Below, in pieces: positions 1 through 25,628 of a DNA stretch of 64,000 nt. The notes under the pieces were generated by a model. That model had not been told where the DNA came from and did no database searches. It was given only the letters and a program-made list of their open reading frames with translations. Numbering within the stretch: the first letter of the stretch is position 1; every line of letters begins with the position of its first letter. The stretch is from Oculina patagonica (lineage: Eukaryota), in contig NC_135771.1 of the NCBI RefSeq assembly GCF_052425735.1, forward strand, positions 3,596,001-3,660,000, given 5' to 3'. A program made the position numbers and the translations under genes.

Positions 1-223
1 TGTGTTCACATTAGTGCCCAGTGAGAATCGTACTCGGGCACTGTGGCCAGGCACCAAGTGTGAACACAGCCTTAGTTATAGAAGATTCGTGGTAGCTAGA
101 CAATAAAACAGGTTCAAATTTGACAAACATGCTGCATACTGCATCCTGAAATTTTTTGTACTGTAGGTGTGGGGTTCACTGGTGTGACTGACAAGAATAT
201 CTGGAAAATTTATGGCGGTTTAC

Positions 224-14034
<13,811 letters not shown>

Positions 14035-14286
14035 GTTGGTTTACTCTATTGATCATGCTCTTTGCCTTTTACCGCAAGCCAAACGTATCGTGGTAGCATT
14101 TTCAAAATGGCGGACGGACGCGTTAAAAATTTAGTCGAAAATAGATTGGTTTTTTCTGAGTCTGTGTTAGCCATCTTTTAGAAATGTTGATTTCTTTAAT
14201 CAAGGCGTATCCGTTTTGGTAAAGATAAGCTGGTTTATTTACGGTTTTAATGCAAAAGAACGCTTTTATTCGCGTACAAGTCAAAG
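14035..14286. promoter_or_regulatory. Bidirectional promoter region between KRI1 and PIGG, with YY1-like motifs
   Basis: The divergent start codons are 252 bp apart. CAAAATGGCGG occurs at ~14103 (+) and AACATGGCGG overlaps the KRI1 start (-). Confidence 0.65.
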
Positions 14287-17200
14287 ATGAATTGTGGCCA
14301 AAGTGTTTTTATAGTTCTTCTTTTATTTTGCCAAATCGTGGGCTTAATGTTGTTTCTGAGGGGCTTCTTTCCGCTGAAGAAAGCCATACAAGGACGGGCA
14401 ACAAGCGAGAACCTGCCACCAGAGCCATCAGTTGAAGGAACAGGACATCCCCTGCCTCCAAAGTTTGGACGAGTGGTCATCATGTTGATCGATGCCCTTA
14501 GAGCAGATTTTGTCTTCAGTGAACAATCAAGAATGCCTTTTACTCAAGAAATGATCAGTCTTAACAGATCATACAGGTAATCACAACAAAATCCATAGCT
14601 ATTTTTGGTAGGAGTGGAGTGGGGGGGAGAGGGACCCCCCCTCCATATGGCACCCATGGTGCATTCTTTGATAATGGCCATCCCACACTGAACGGGGTTT
14701 TGCTAAAAGCAGGCCTGGCGGCCCGCGGCCCACTTCACAGCGTGCGGCCCGGCAGCCCACCGCCCACCTCTAGGCCAGGGGCCCGGCGACACGGGCCTAG
14801 AGGTGGGCCGTGGGCCGCCGGGGCATGAGCCATGAAGTGGACCGCAGGCCTGCTTTTAGCAAAACCCACACTTAACGTACACCAGTGCAACGTTTTAAAA
14901 ACTGTACACCAAGTAAACAACTCCTAACATCCACATCTAAAAAATCTACAATTGAAGTTACATAAGCCATGCGAAAGACTCGCCAAGGTCTTTGAAAAGC
15001 TGAGCTTGGCATGGCCTTGATCACAGAGTAGTATTGACTGTAATCATTTACCAGGAAATCAGTCAACATACTTTTAAAACCCAGGTTAAAAGATCTTTGA
15101 AGTAATCTTCACTGAATACACTGGGATAGAGGGAGGTGTATAAATATATGGGTACCATCAAAGTGTTATTGAGGAGAAACACTACAATAAAACACAATCA
15201 AGTTTAGCTATGAAACTCCTCACTTCTCATCGCTTTATTATTTGTGATATGGGCCAGTGTTTTTATATCTATCTACATATATTTACATAGTGGATATTGT
15301 CTGGAACAGGGTATCTATTTTGCAATGTTTGTCTGGAACAGGGTCACAAATTCAGCTTTTTTCTCAGGAACAGGTCCAGAGTCTCAGAGACTCAGCAGCA
15401 CACCCCTGTAGTAAATTTTAGGGAGTATCCCCCCTCCCCCGGGAGGAAATACTATGGAAACTAGGATAAATTAACACAGTTTGGCCCCATGTAGACTTTT
15501 TCAAACTTTGACTTTTATATGAGATTCTCCCCACTCACCCCCCAGTGTTTTGACACAATTCACCATAATACATCTATGTGTTGTATTTTTTTATCAGTTT
15601 TTTGGCAAAGGCACACCCACCAACTGTTACGATGCCAAGAATAAAGGTCAGTAGAGTGTGTAAAATTCTATCATTTTTTTTTCCATCCAATTTTCCCTTT
15701 CAATATCCATACCATATAAAATATTTTCAAGCATAGAAGCGACAAAAACAAAGAGGTAATCAACAAGGGGTGCCACAAATTGCGAGGCAGCGAGGCATGT
15801 GATCCATTCTGGTTAGCCTAAATAGCACTCCTGGCAGTTAGCCTTTTTATTTGGAGTAGGGAGTTCTGTCTTGCATGCCTCATTGCCTTGCCTCGCACAT
15901 TTGTAAGACTCGTCAACAAGGTGGTATTTAACTAAGGAACCAGTCACCAGCTCTCGAAGTACCCTACTAGTAGGCTCCCTAGATCGATCTGCTTACTAGG
16001 GATTTGGGATGGGGCATTCGCAGACTATTCTTGAAGAATTGCCTTCTTAAGCCACTAAGACTGCTTCAAACAAGGCTTTACTGATTACACGTTTACTGTT
16101 CAAGTAAGTCTGGAGGAGGAACATGTGGATCTATCAAACAGTATATCAGACAATTCAAACCAATACTCTCATCTTGCAGGCAATAACAACAGGTGGAATT
16201 CCAGGATTTATTGATGTCGTTTTCAACATGGACTCAAAGTCTTTACAAGAAGACAATTTAATTAGTCAGCTGAAGTTTGCCAAAAAGAAGCTTGTGTTCT
16301 ATGGTGATGACACATGGATGAAGTTATTTCCTGAACACTTTGCGCGAACTGATGGAACAACATCATTTTTTGTCACCGATTACACTGAGGTACGGTAAAA
16401 AATATTGATGAGTTTGTCTGTTATCATACTTGCACAAGTCTCAAATAAATTACAAAGGGCATGACAACCTTTAACATAACGATTATTGACCGTCGGGGTG
16501 GGAGGCGTGGTGGCCTAATGGTTAGCAGACTCAACTCCAGGGCTCAAACGGCCTGGGTTCGAGCACTGGCCATGGTGCTCCGTTGTGTTCTTGGGGCAAG
16601 GCGCTTTACTCTCACATTTCCTCTCTCTACCCAGGTGTATAAATGGGTACCGGCAAGTTTACTGCTGGGGGGTAACCCTGAGATGGACTAGCATCCCATT
16701 CAGGGGGGAGAACCAATACTCTTAGCCGCTTAATGCTACAGAAATTGGGATAAGCTCCGGCTGTATGGGCCACTTGGCTCTTTCCTTTTACCTTTATTGA
16801 CCGTTGGGGAGCTGTTTCTTTAGTTGGTCAGAGGAAATTATTTGTCTCTGAATCATGCAAATTATTTAATTTCTGGTCTTTTTAACAAGCAAGACCATCA
16901 ATTATGCATCGTATCTACATTGCGCATTCAAAAACTGTTCAACTTGCTTTTAGGTTGATAACAATGTCACTAGACACATTGACAAAGAGCTGAGAAGCAG
17001 TGATTGGGACCTTATGATTCTTCACTACCTGGGCCTTGATCATATAGGACACATTGCTGGACCGTCAAGTCCCCTGGTTGGGCCAAAACTCCTTGAAATG
17101 GACCAGGTCGTTAGTGATATTTACAATGCAATGCTGAGATGGGATCAGCAAAGAGAGGCCCCTTCCTTGTTGGTGTTGTGTGGTGATCACGGAATGAGTG

Positions 17201-20200
17201 ATGCAGGGAGTCATGGAGGTGCATCTTCTGCAGAGACCAGCACACCCCTTGTGTTTATGAGCCCTTTGTTTGAACATGGTGGAGGTGAAGAATATTCCAA
17301 GAAACAGGTCCAGCAAATTGATCTTGTACCAACGTTGAGTCTTCTTTTAGGGCTTCCTATTCCTCAGAACAGGTAGAGCACAAACATACTAAATTGTTGT
17401 AAATTACAAATTTGTTGAAAACTGTTTTGGTTGGTAAGGTAAAGTAAATTCTACATTCAAGCATAGTGGTCCATCAGGCTGGCAATTATCTTTGGATTGA
17501 GCAGCATGGAGCAACTAGGAGTTTTTCTACTCTGCAGTGCCCCCAGTATTCAATTCACTGATACCCATCTATAGAAATGTGTGAGGCCCAGTGGCCTAAT
17601 GGTTAGTCTGCCGGACTCTGGATCAAGCAGTTCGAGGTCGAGCCCTGGCCCAGGGGCGGATCCAGGATTTCAAAAGGGGGGGGGGGGTTGGATGTCAGAC
17701 CATTAGGGCCTAACCCTAACCCTAACTGGTGGCAGAGGGCGAAACGTGGCGTAACAACAACCAGACATGAGCCAGAGCTAATTTTTCTTTCTTTCTTTCT
17801 TTTCTATTTCAAATAAAGTGACATTTCGAATTTTTTTTACTGAAAAATGGGGGGTGGATATCCACCCTATCCATGCCCCCCCCCCCGTATCTGCCCCTGC
17901 TGACCGAGGACATTGTGCTGTGTTCTTGGGCAAGACACTTTACACTCACAGTGCCTCTTTCCACCCAGATGTATAAATGGATACCGGCGAATTTACTGCT
18001 GGGGGGTAACCCTGTGATGGACGTACATATACTCCTAGGCCCTTCATACTCCAGCCTGATGGGACACTGGGCTAGAATGCAGACTTTACCTTATGTTACC
18101 CATTTATAGACCTGGGTGGAAGTAGGCACTATGAGCATAAAGTGTCTTGCAAAGCAACGCAAAGCAATGACCCTGGTTAGGGCTCGAACTGGGACTGCTT
18201 GATCTAGAGTCCAGGGCACTAACAACCAGGCCAATCAACTCCCACTAGAAACTGTTCTGAGGTATAGTCATATACCTAAAGACACATAAAGCAAAAGAAC
18301 AACTAGTTTGAGTTTAGAGGATATATCTTCAATTTCTTTTTCTAAAATATCATAATCCCTATTTCATTCCGTTTTTGTTATTATCTTTTTCAGCATAGGA
18401 ATTGCCCTTCCCGACCTTTTCAGCTTCCATGCTCCAAGGGAGATGCTTAGAGCTCTTCAACTGAATACTTATCAACTATCTCAAGTGCTTGCTGCAAATG
18501 GCCATTCTGTTGATAACATGTGGGAACCTCAACACGCCCATAAGCTGCACTCTGATTGGCTAAAATCAGCAGCAGTCAATCACAATATCAAGAACCTGGA
18601 GACTATGGCAGGCAAGGTTGCTAAGCAGTACATCCTGGCACTTCAGAAAATGAGCAGTCATGTGACTGCCTCGCTTTCAAGTTATGACCTGCACGCAATG
18701 ATTTGTGGTATAGCTGTTCTTGTTCAGACGCTTTATTGGGTCAGCTATGGATTACTTCAACTTTCTTTTGAAAGCAAAAGAGAAGACTGCTTTGACGTTT
18801 CAGTGACGAGCGTTTTTGTTGTGAGCGGTGCTGTTCTGTTGGTTGCAGTTCTTCAACTGTCTGCTTGCTCCAGCACAGTGATTGGTAAGAAAAAAATACG
18901 TGTAATGCTCTGATTGGTTTACACATTCTCAAACGTTTTTAAATCCTCGGAAATGCTTTACACCCGCTTTCAGTGTAACGTGCATAGCGGCTTTCTATCG
19001 GCATCCATCTTTCGACGTGCTTAACAAATAAGACGGATCAAAATCCGCCAATCACAGCCCACTAGCATGGCCTTCTGAACCTATGGGCTCATTTGCATGA
19101 AACAAACACGATCAAACCGGTATGCATCGGTTTTGATTGGCTCATTTCAAACAGCACGTCGAAAGACGATGTCGAAAGATGGATGTAGAAAGTGAGCTAT
19201 TTGCCTGTTGTTTCGGAGAGATAAAAAAAAATGTCGTTTAGGTATGAAAAAGGGCAACCCCGATTTTCGAAAAGGCAAAAGCGGTTCGTAAAAATATTTC
19301 GTTCCCTGAAATTTTCCGCCGGATTAGATACATTTTTCTCATCGTTTAAATAAGCCTTAAAATCGCACAAAAATGACACTCAATTTGACGTAAAAACGGC
19401 GTTCAGAAATCTACAGTAAAATTTGTCAAAAAATGGCAAAATTTCAGTGGCGGGATGCAATGACCTTAAAATGACTTGTTTCACTGTATCGAACTGAAAG
19501 ATTGATTAGTTAGAAAAATAAAAGAAGTTGACTTAATTAAATTTCACGTTTTTCGTTATCTTTTTTCTTTCTCAGGTGGAAGCGACATTTTGTGTTCAGT
19601 AAACAGCGCCGAGTCCATCCTGTTCAGTTCTGTATTTGCCTTGCAATCAGGAGTCACTCTTGCATCCATTATGTTTTGCCTCAATCGCAACATCTTACGG
19701 CCTCACCATCCTCCTTCGCAGCTTTCGTTAGCCTTTCCATCGTTTTTCCAAAGCAAAACCCGCAGTCTTCTTGTAATAGGAGTTTTACTTCACGTTTTAA
19801 GCCTTCTATCGAGTAGTTTTGTGGAAGAAGAGCATCAAACCTGGTACTTTTTCACCTCTGCTTTGTTCGTGGTGATTTTCCTTGAGAAAAGCGCATTGTT
19901 CAAAAGTCACAAGGACTCAGGGCTACATGAAACGATTGCAATGCAGGAAGAAACCTCAGAGAACGAAAATTCTCCTAAATATATAGAAGAAAAATCACTT
20001 GATTGTAGCAACGAAGTTAGAAACACAAGTTTTCATAAAGTTCGTGAAAATTTCACAAGAAGTGGCGCCATAAATTTAAACGTGGACAAGGCAACGGCGA
20101 GTGGAACTAGCAATACAATCTTGTACAAAGATCTCCAACGGCCAGTGTCAACTAGAGCAGAGACTGAGAACGAGAATCCTGAAAACTCACATTTGCAGTG

Positions 20201-22254
20201 GGAAGCAATACAAGAAGTGACGCTCAAAACTGGCGTTGTGTGGCATCTTTTGGTTGTTTTGTTACTTCTTGGCTTAGGAAGACTATCCAGGAGTTGGAAC
20301 CAAACTGGAATAAAATGGGCCGACAGGCCTGATATTGGAGATTGGCTCGTTAAACCTGAAAACAGAACAGTCTTGTCTGTATGTTACTTCATATCACTTC
20401 TTGTCATCATTGGATTTCGTTACAATCGTCAAAATGTTCTCACTTCACTCGTGTTTGTCATCGGTGCTGCGAATGCTTATGTTTATCGCACTGTGACGGG
20501 AAGCCTCCAGTTGCCATGGATACCAAACGAACCAATCACTAAAGGGATCCGTGCAGCACGCTTTACTTATTGTTGCGTAGCAACAATGATGGCATGGAAT
20601 TTGATTCTTTTTTACAGAGCGAGCAGAAATAGCGAAAAGAGAAGGACTTTTCACGAATACATTTGCGAAGTGTGCGGATCGTTAGAGGGTCTTTTATCTA
20701 CCGTGTTGTTGCTGGAAATTCTTCTGCAGCGACCGCATAACGTAACACTTCTCGCTGTCTTTGTTGTTCAAGAACATGTGTTGAGTAAATTATTCTGGAA
20801 AAGGTAGGCTACAAAAAGCGACAATATTTGGGCGCATAAGTGAACCTTATACTAAATAGACCTAGACATTGTTTTTTGACACTGAAGAAAAGAAGAATCT
20901 AAGGGGAAAATGTGCTATGCAAAACACATAACTTTTCTTACAGTTTCAATTACAAAATGTAATAAATTTCAGGGAAGTTATGGACAGTTTATTCTATCGT
21001 ACTGTAGTTTACCATTTGACTTGTTACATTCTGTACCTAGCCTTAGTAAACATATGTCAATCTTTGTATTCAATTTTCACCTCCCCCCTCCCCCCCCCCC
21101 CCCCTCAGGGTCGGTTGGCAGCTCTCGCAAGGTCTCACATGAATGGCTCGCTATCCTTCGAGAGAACAATAGAACAAACAACAGGAACAATGCCCCTAGC
21201 CCCAGAAATAACAATAGCAACTGCTTCACTAGAGGACCAGTAGAATTACAAGCTTACGATAACTGCTACACTACTGCCCCACACCCCCCCCCCCCCCTCC
21301 CCTCCCCTTCCTCTCCCCGTTCTTTACAATACACTTCTTACTAAGACATTCTGTTTTTTTGTTTTGTTTCAAGCCAAGAGAAGACGTGGATCATTATCGT
21401 CAGTTCCTTGTGGATGGGACATGCAATGTACTTTTCCCTGGGGAACTCCAACAGCCTGGCCTCGGTGGATATTTCTGCGGGCTATGTGGGACTAGAGGAT
21501 TTTGTGCCTGGTGTTGTGGGTCCCCTCACATACGTAGCCACATACTGTGGACCTATTCTGTGGCTGATAGCTGCCGTGTTGTCCATCGTCCGAGACGCCC
21601 GGGATACTAATAGGTAAGACCTCTTTGACGGACAATTCTACCTCCATTTAGGCCATTTAGTAAACACCTTATTAATCGAACGAGAGGTCTGTATTCTGCC
21701 ATACAGATCAGACCTCCCACTCGGTTTTCAAGTGGATTAATTTTTCTAGGTCCTATGGGAGGTTCATGATGATATTTCTTGGATGCACTAGTGCCTATTC
21801 GGCTCGAGGGCGTCCTCTCGGCTTTGGCCCTCATACGTCAAAATCTCTCTGTTGAAAAAAGTGGCAGACTCGATTTTTCCATTTGTGGTTTCTTACTGGA
21901 GAGGGTTCTCAAAGGCCTTACATGACACCTAGGAGGTTATAGATAATGGTAGCAAAAATTTAACCCTGGTTTTAACATTCTGTTTTACGACCAATATTTT
22001 TTCTCATAAGGTTGCAGAATTCTCTTTACCAAGCGTGTTACGTCATCACCCTCTGCCAGGCTTTGGTCCTCTGCGTTTACTGTACGTTGGTATTCGGTCA
22101 GCGGTATCACCTGTTCGTTTGGAGTGTGTTCTCGCCCAAGTTGTTGTATGAAGCTTTTAAAACATTTCTGCTGTCGATGTCTGTAGTTTGTGTTCTGTGC
22201 TTGGCGCGTTTTGTAGTTGGAATGAATGGATTTAACGCCGTGAAATCAGAATAA
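14287..22254 (+). CDS. PIGG: GPI ethanolamine phosphate transferase 2 (PIG-G/GPI7), 8 exons
   Basis: Approximate exons: 14287-14576, 15598-15646, 16180-16389, 16954-17372, 18394-18883, 19576-20803, 21373-21613, 22011-22254. Motifs: LFLRGFFP, IDALRADF, AHPPTVTMPRIKA, FYGDDTW, SFFVTDYTEVD, ILHYLGLDHIGH, GDHGMSDAGSHGG, SSSFVEEEHQTWYF, GNSNSLASVDISAGYVGL, RYHLFVWSVFSPKLLYE. Confidence 0.93.
14695..14867. mobile_element. GC-rich MITE with a ~10-bp TSD (Mutator-like) in PIGG intron 1
   Basis: TIR gggttttgctaaaagcaggcctg / caggcctgcttttagcaaaaccc; TSD acactgaacg / acacttaacg. Confidence 0.8.
16497..16794 (+). mobile_element. tRNA-derived SINE
   Basis: A box gtggcctaatggttag, B box gggttcgagc, body ttgtgttcttgggcaag...caggtgtataaatgggtacc, tail tttaccttt. 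Confidence 0.8.
17436..18246. mobile_element. Nested repeats: a minus-strand SINE interrupted by a plus-strand SINE (~17580-18092), itself interrupted by a hAT-like MITE (17651-17899)
   Basis: SINE tail aaggtaaagtaa at 17436 and head near 18240; inner SINE gtggcctaatggttag...gactttaccttat; MITE TIR caggggcggat / tatctgcccctg. Confidence 0.7.
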
Positions 22255-23162
22255 GAAATTCGGGGACTGTTTGTATCGCTAAGTACCAGTGAGAAGATGG
22301 ATCCATTGGGTATTGAAAGCTCGCAATCTGATTGGCTAGTAAGGCATCTCCTGTTGATCGATAGCAAACCGTCGCGGTTTTTCGTGCAACGTGGCCAAAA
22401 AGTATTAATATTTCATCAATCTTGTTTAACACTGGGCTATGCTAAAACAATTAGACTGAGTTCTTTCCATCTTGCAAACTTTCAGCCAATGGCGATCTCG
22501 AGCTCACAATCTTATTGTTAAAAACACCTTCTCACTAAATACTATAGCGTTTCTATGGTAATTTTCGCATCATGAACCGATCTTGAAAAGAAGTCATAGT
22601 TAACTGAACATATTTACTTTAATTTATTTATTTTTCGTTTTTTTCTGTGTCTTTGTACGAACATCGCGTTCTTTGTAATTTAAAACTCAACTGATACAAT
22701 AAACATAAAGTTCATTCCTTTGCGCACATAGTTAAGTTTGTTTATCTTTTCATAATAAATAACAGGAAGTGGGTTGAACGATATTTCAAGACGATTTATC
22801 ACGTCGCTAATCGAGGAAAGCTATCTTACAATAAATACAATCTGAATTAAAGAAAAATAACAAAAATTGTCACTTGAATTGCACTTTCAACACCTTCGAT
22901 GAATATCTTGTAGCTGAATAACTTAACAGTACTTCAACAGTACATAAACACTTTATCCGCTTTGTTCCGCATTCAATTTTTTAGCATTGTGTGCACGCAG
23001 TCAGTTTGCCCACACATGCAGAAATGTCATAATATTACATGTACACCTCAACCATTTGAATTGTTAGGCGTTTGACTTTCTGGTGACATAGCATTAACTT
23101 TTTTTCATTTTTTTCATGTGGCAATGAAATTGTGTGAATTGAGGTTAGTAGACCATCTGTTA

Positions 23163-23651
23163 TTACATGTCAATTTGCACCCAATTCAACCATTTCAGGA
23201 ACTCAACGAATGATAGTTTTCCATTATGATGGCTGTTCAACTCGTTAAATAGTTTTTCTGAATCCACATCGGTGTACCCAATGGCGGCGATGAGATTTTT
23301 AAACTGCTTTTTGTCCAAGGTATCGCTGTTATCTGTGTCAAAACTCTTGAACATTTCCACTGCTTGGCACAGCTTCGCAAATCTTGATTTATCGTTGATA
23401 TTTTGAAAGCCTTCTCCGCTTCTTAACCAGTTGAAAAACTCCTCGAATGATACACAATGGTCTCCAGTTTGATCCAAAAGCAGAGTGTAGATGTTTGCTT
23501 GTTCAGGGTTTAACCCCAGGTCGCCTTCCAATAAATCCTTTAGTTCTGACTCGTCAAGCCTTCCATTTCGTTCCTGGTCGTATTTATCGAACAAACTGTG
23601 GATCGCGATTTCTGGCGCGTCACGAAAGAAGTAAGAATGCCCCGCTTGCAT
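23163..23651 (-). CDS. Intronless calmodulin-like 4-EF-hand calcium-binding protein (162 aa), paralog type A
   Basis: EF loops DQERNGRLDESE, DQTGDHCVSFEE, DTDNSDTLDKKQ, NSHHNGKLSFVE; TATA box (minus) at ~23762-23768. Confidence 0.9.
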   Translation of the reverse strand: MQAGHSYFFRDAPEIAIHSLFDKYDQERNGRLDESELKDLLEGDLGLNPEQANIYTLLLDQTGDHCVSFEEFFNWLRSGEGFQNINDKSRFAKLCQAVEMFKSFDTDNSDTLDKKQFKNLIAAIGYTDVDSEKLFNELNSHHNGKLSFVEFLKWLNWVQIDM

Positions 23652-25140
23652 TTCGAAGCAAAACTTGAAACTTTTCTCCAGTCGATCGTATAAAATCTTT
23701 GAAGAAAATCTTTCTCGACGTTGTCAACTTTTTATTTATTCTGTAACGTAGCACACATTTGTTTTTATACTCTAGCACGCTAAAAATAGGACCAATCATC
23801 ACTTCTTGATCCACTGGCGCGTGACTATGGGAAATTCATGCATGCTAGCTAACACGATCATCATTAAATATTCACGAAAAACATCTGCCCTGTGTCACAG
23901 TCTGTATTTGTCGCGAATGCATAATCATCACGTTTTCTGTATTTCTGGTAAACAGCCTGTGAAAATTCGTGCTACGATTTGCCGGCAAAAGCCGTCTTCA
24001 GTTTTTTGTTGGGGAAAAATGAAAGTCGGCCTGCGAGAGCACCCGGTTTTTTCGGCTCTTCATTCACCCGCCGAAAAAATCAGATGTTTTCGCAGGCTAA
24101 ATGTAAACATTTTATCCTTACTTTAATAACCTTTCCAAACTTAACACTCGTAAAAGTTTAGAAGAAGGCGATCGAAACAAGTGTATACACTTCCTTCAAC
24201 ACAAGTTTCGAGAGCTTTTGTGACCTTGGTATTTTCCTCGTGTTTCTGAAGCTATAAAGAGCAAAGCGAAAATTTTCGATTTCGGTGTTGCGACGTAAAA
24301 TAATGTACCGAAACGCTGAACATCAGCATTTGCATTTTCGTAGATGAAAACATGCTCTTGATTAGTTTAATTTTCGCTTAAATTTTTTTTTCCCGAAATC
24401 TAAGGCATGCGACAAAAGAAGGGGTTTCCCCTGCAATATGACGTCACACCGTTGAGACGCGTGCCGACGGAAGTGTAAGTAGCTTCAAGTGATGTTGTCA
24501 GGAAAATGTTGATTTGTAATCTCACGATTTGTTGTCATTACTATTCAAGGAAATTCGCTTGTCGACCAGAACGAAAGTCACAACTTTATTTACTCTTAAC
24601 AGCGAGGTCACGTACAGAGTAACACAGCGCGGAAAAATTAGACTCAGATCGCAGTTGTAATACGATTTCGTGATAAAAACAAGAAAATAGACAGTTAAAT
24701 GCCATTCTTACTTTTTAATGTTCTTTTCATTTTACGTGTGTTAACACCTCTTGCAAATTCACGTGGAATAAGTGTAAATGTTTTATAAAAACAAATTGAA
24801 TTTCGCTAGAACAATTTACATTCGTAACTTATGTACATCTTCAATAAATATTTTTTTCCATATAATAAATATATTTTACAATGAATGGAAAATATGAGCT
24901 CAGCTCCCCTAATAAGAGCAGAGTTTCTGGCCCTATATACCTCTTCAATAAATAATGTTTCAATAAATAAATAATAATGTTTCAATAAATAATGTTTTGT
25001 TTAATGAATAGATTTTACAATACATACAAAGTCTAAACTTTGCTTCACAAAAGCGTATTAATCTTTGATCCGTGCTACTATTGTCACATCATGAAAAGCT
25101 GAAAAGTTGTTCATGTAATCATCTCATTCTGTCTCATCAG

Positions 25141-25628
25141 CTAGTTCAAAACTGGTATCCACTGAAGCCACACCATGAACTCCCAGAAAGACACTTTTCC
25201 ATTTTCGTCTTTGTCCATTTTGGCGAAAGCTTTATCCATGTCGACAGTTTCAGGACCGAAGAACTTCATCATCCGTTCAAACTGTTTTCGGTCAAGCGTA
25301 TCGCTATATCTGTGTCAAAACTCTTAAAATAGTCGAATGCTTTGGCCAGGCTTTCAAACTTGTCTTTGTCGTTTAAAACTTCGAAATGTTCCTCGCTGCG
25401 AAGCCAGTCGTTGAATTCTTCAAAGGAAATGTCGTGGTCTCCATTCTTGTCCACCAACAGAAAGTACACCAAAGATTTATCATGGTCGAGGCCTAAGTCT
25501 TCTTCCAGCAAGATTTGCATTTCTTGTACTTCAAGCTTACCGTTTCCATTTGCGTCGTATTTGTCGAAAAGACTCCGAACGACGATTTTTGGAGCCTTTT
25601 TGTCGAAGAAACTGAGTCCGGCTTGCAT
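25141..25628 (-). pseudogene. Calmodulin-like EF-hand gene with a 1-bp frameshift (tandem duplicate of 28232-28720); could be a sequencing error
   Basis: Near-identical to the 28232 gene, but reads ctatatctg instead of ctatcatctg at ~25308. The homologous C-terminus and TAG at 25141-25143 are retained in another frame. Confidence 0.8.

Noticed and set aside
16497-16575. tRNA-like A and B boxes
   Set aside because: This is the head of a SINE; there is no complete cloverleaf and the SINE body and tail follow.
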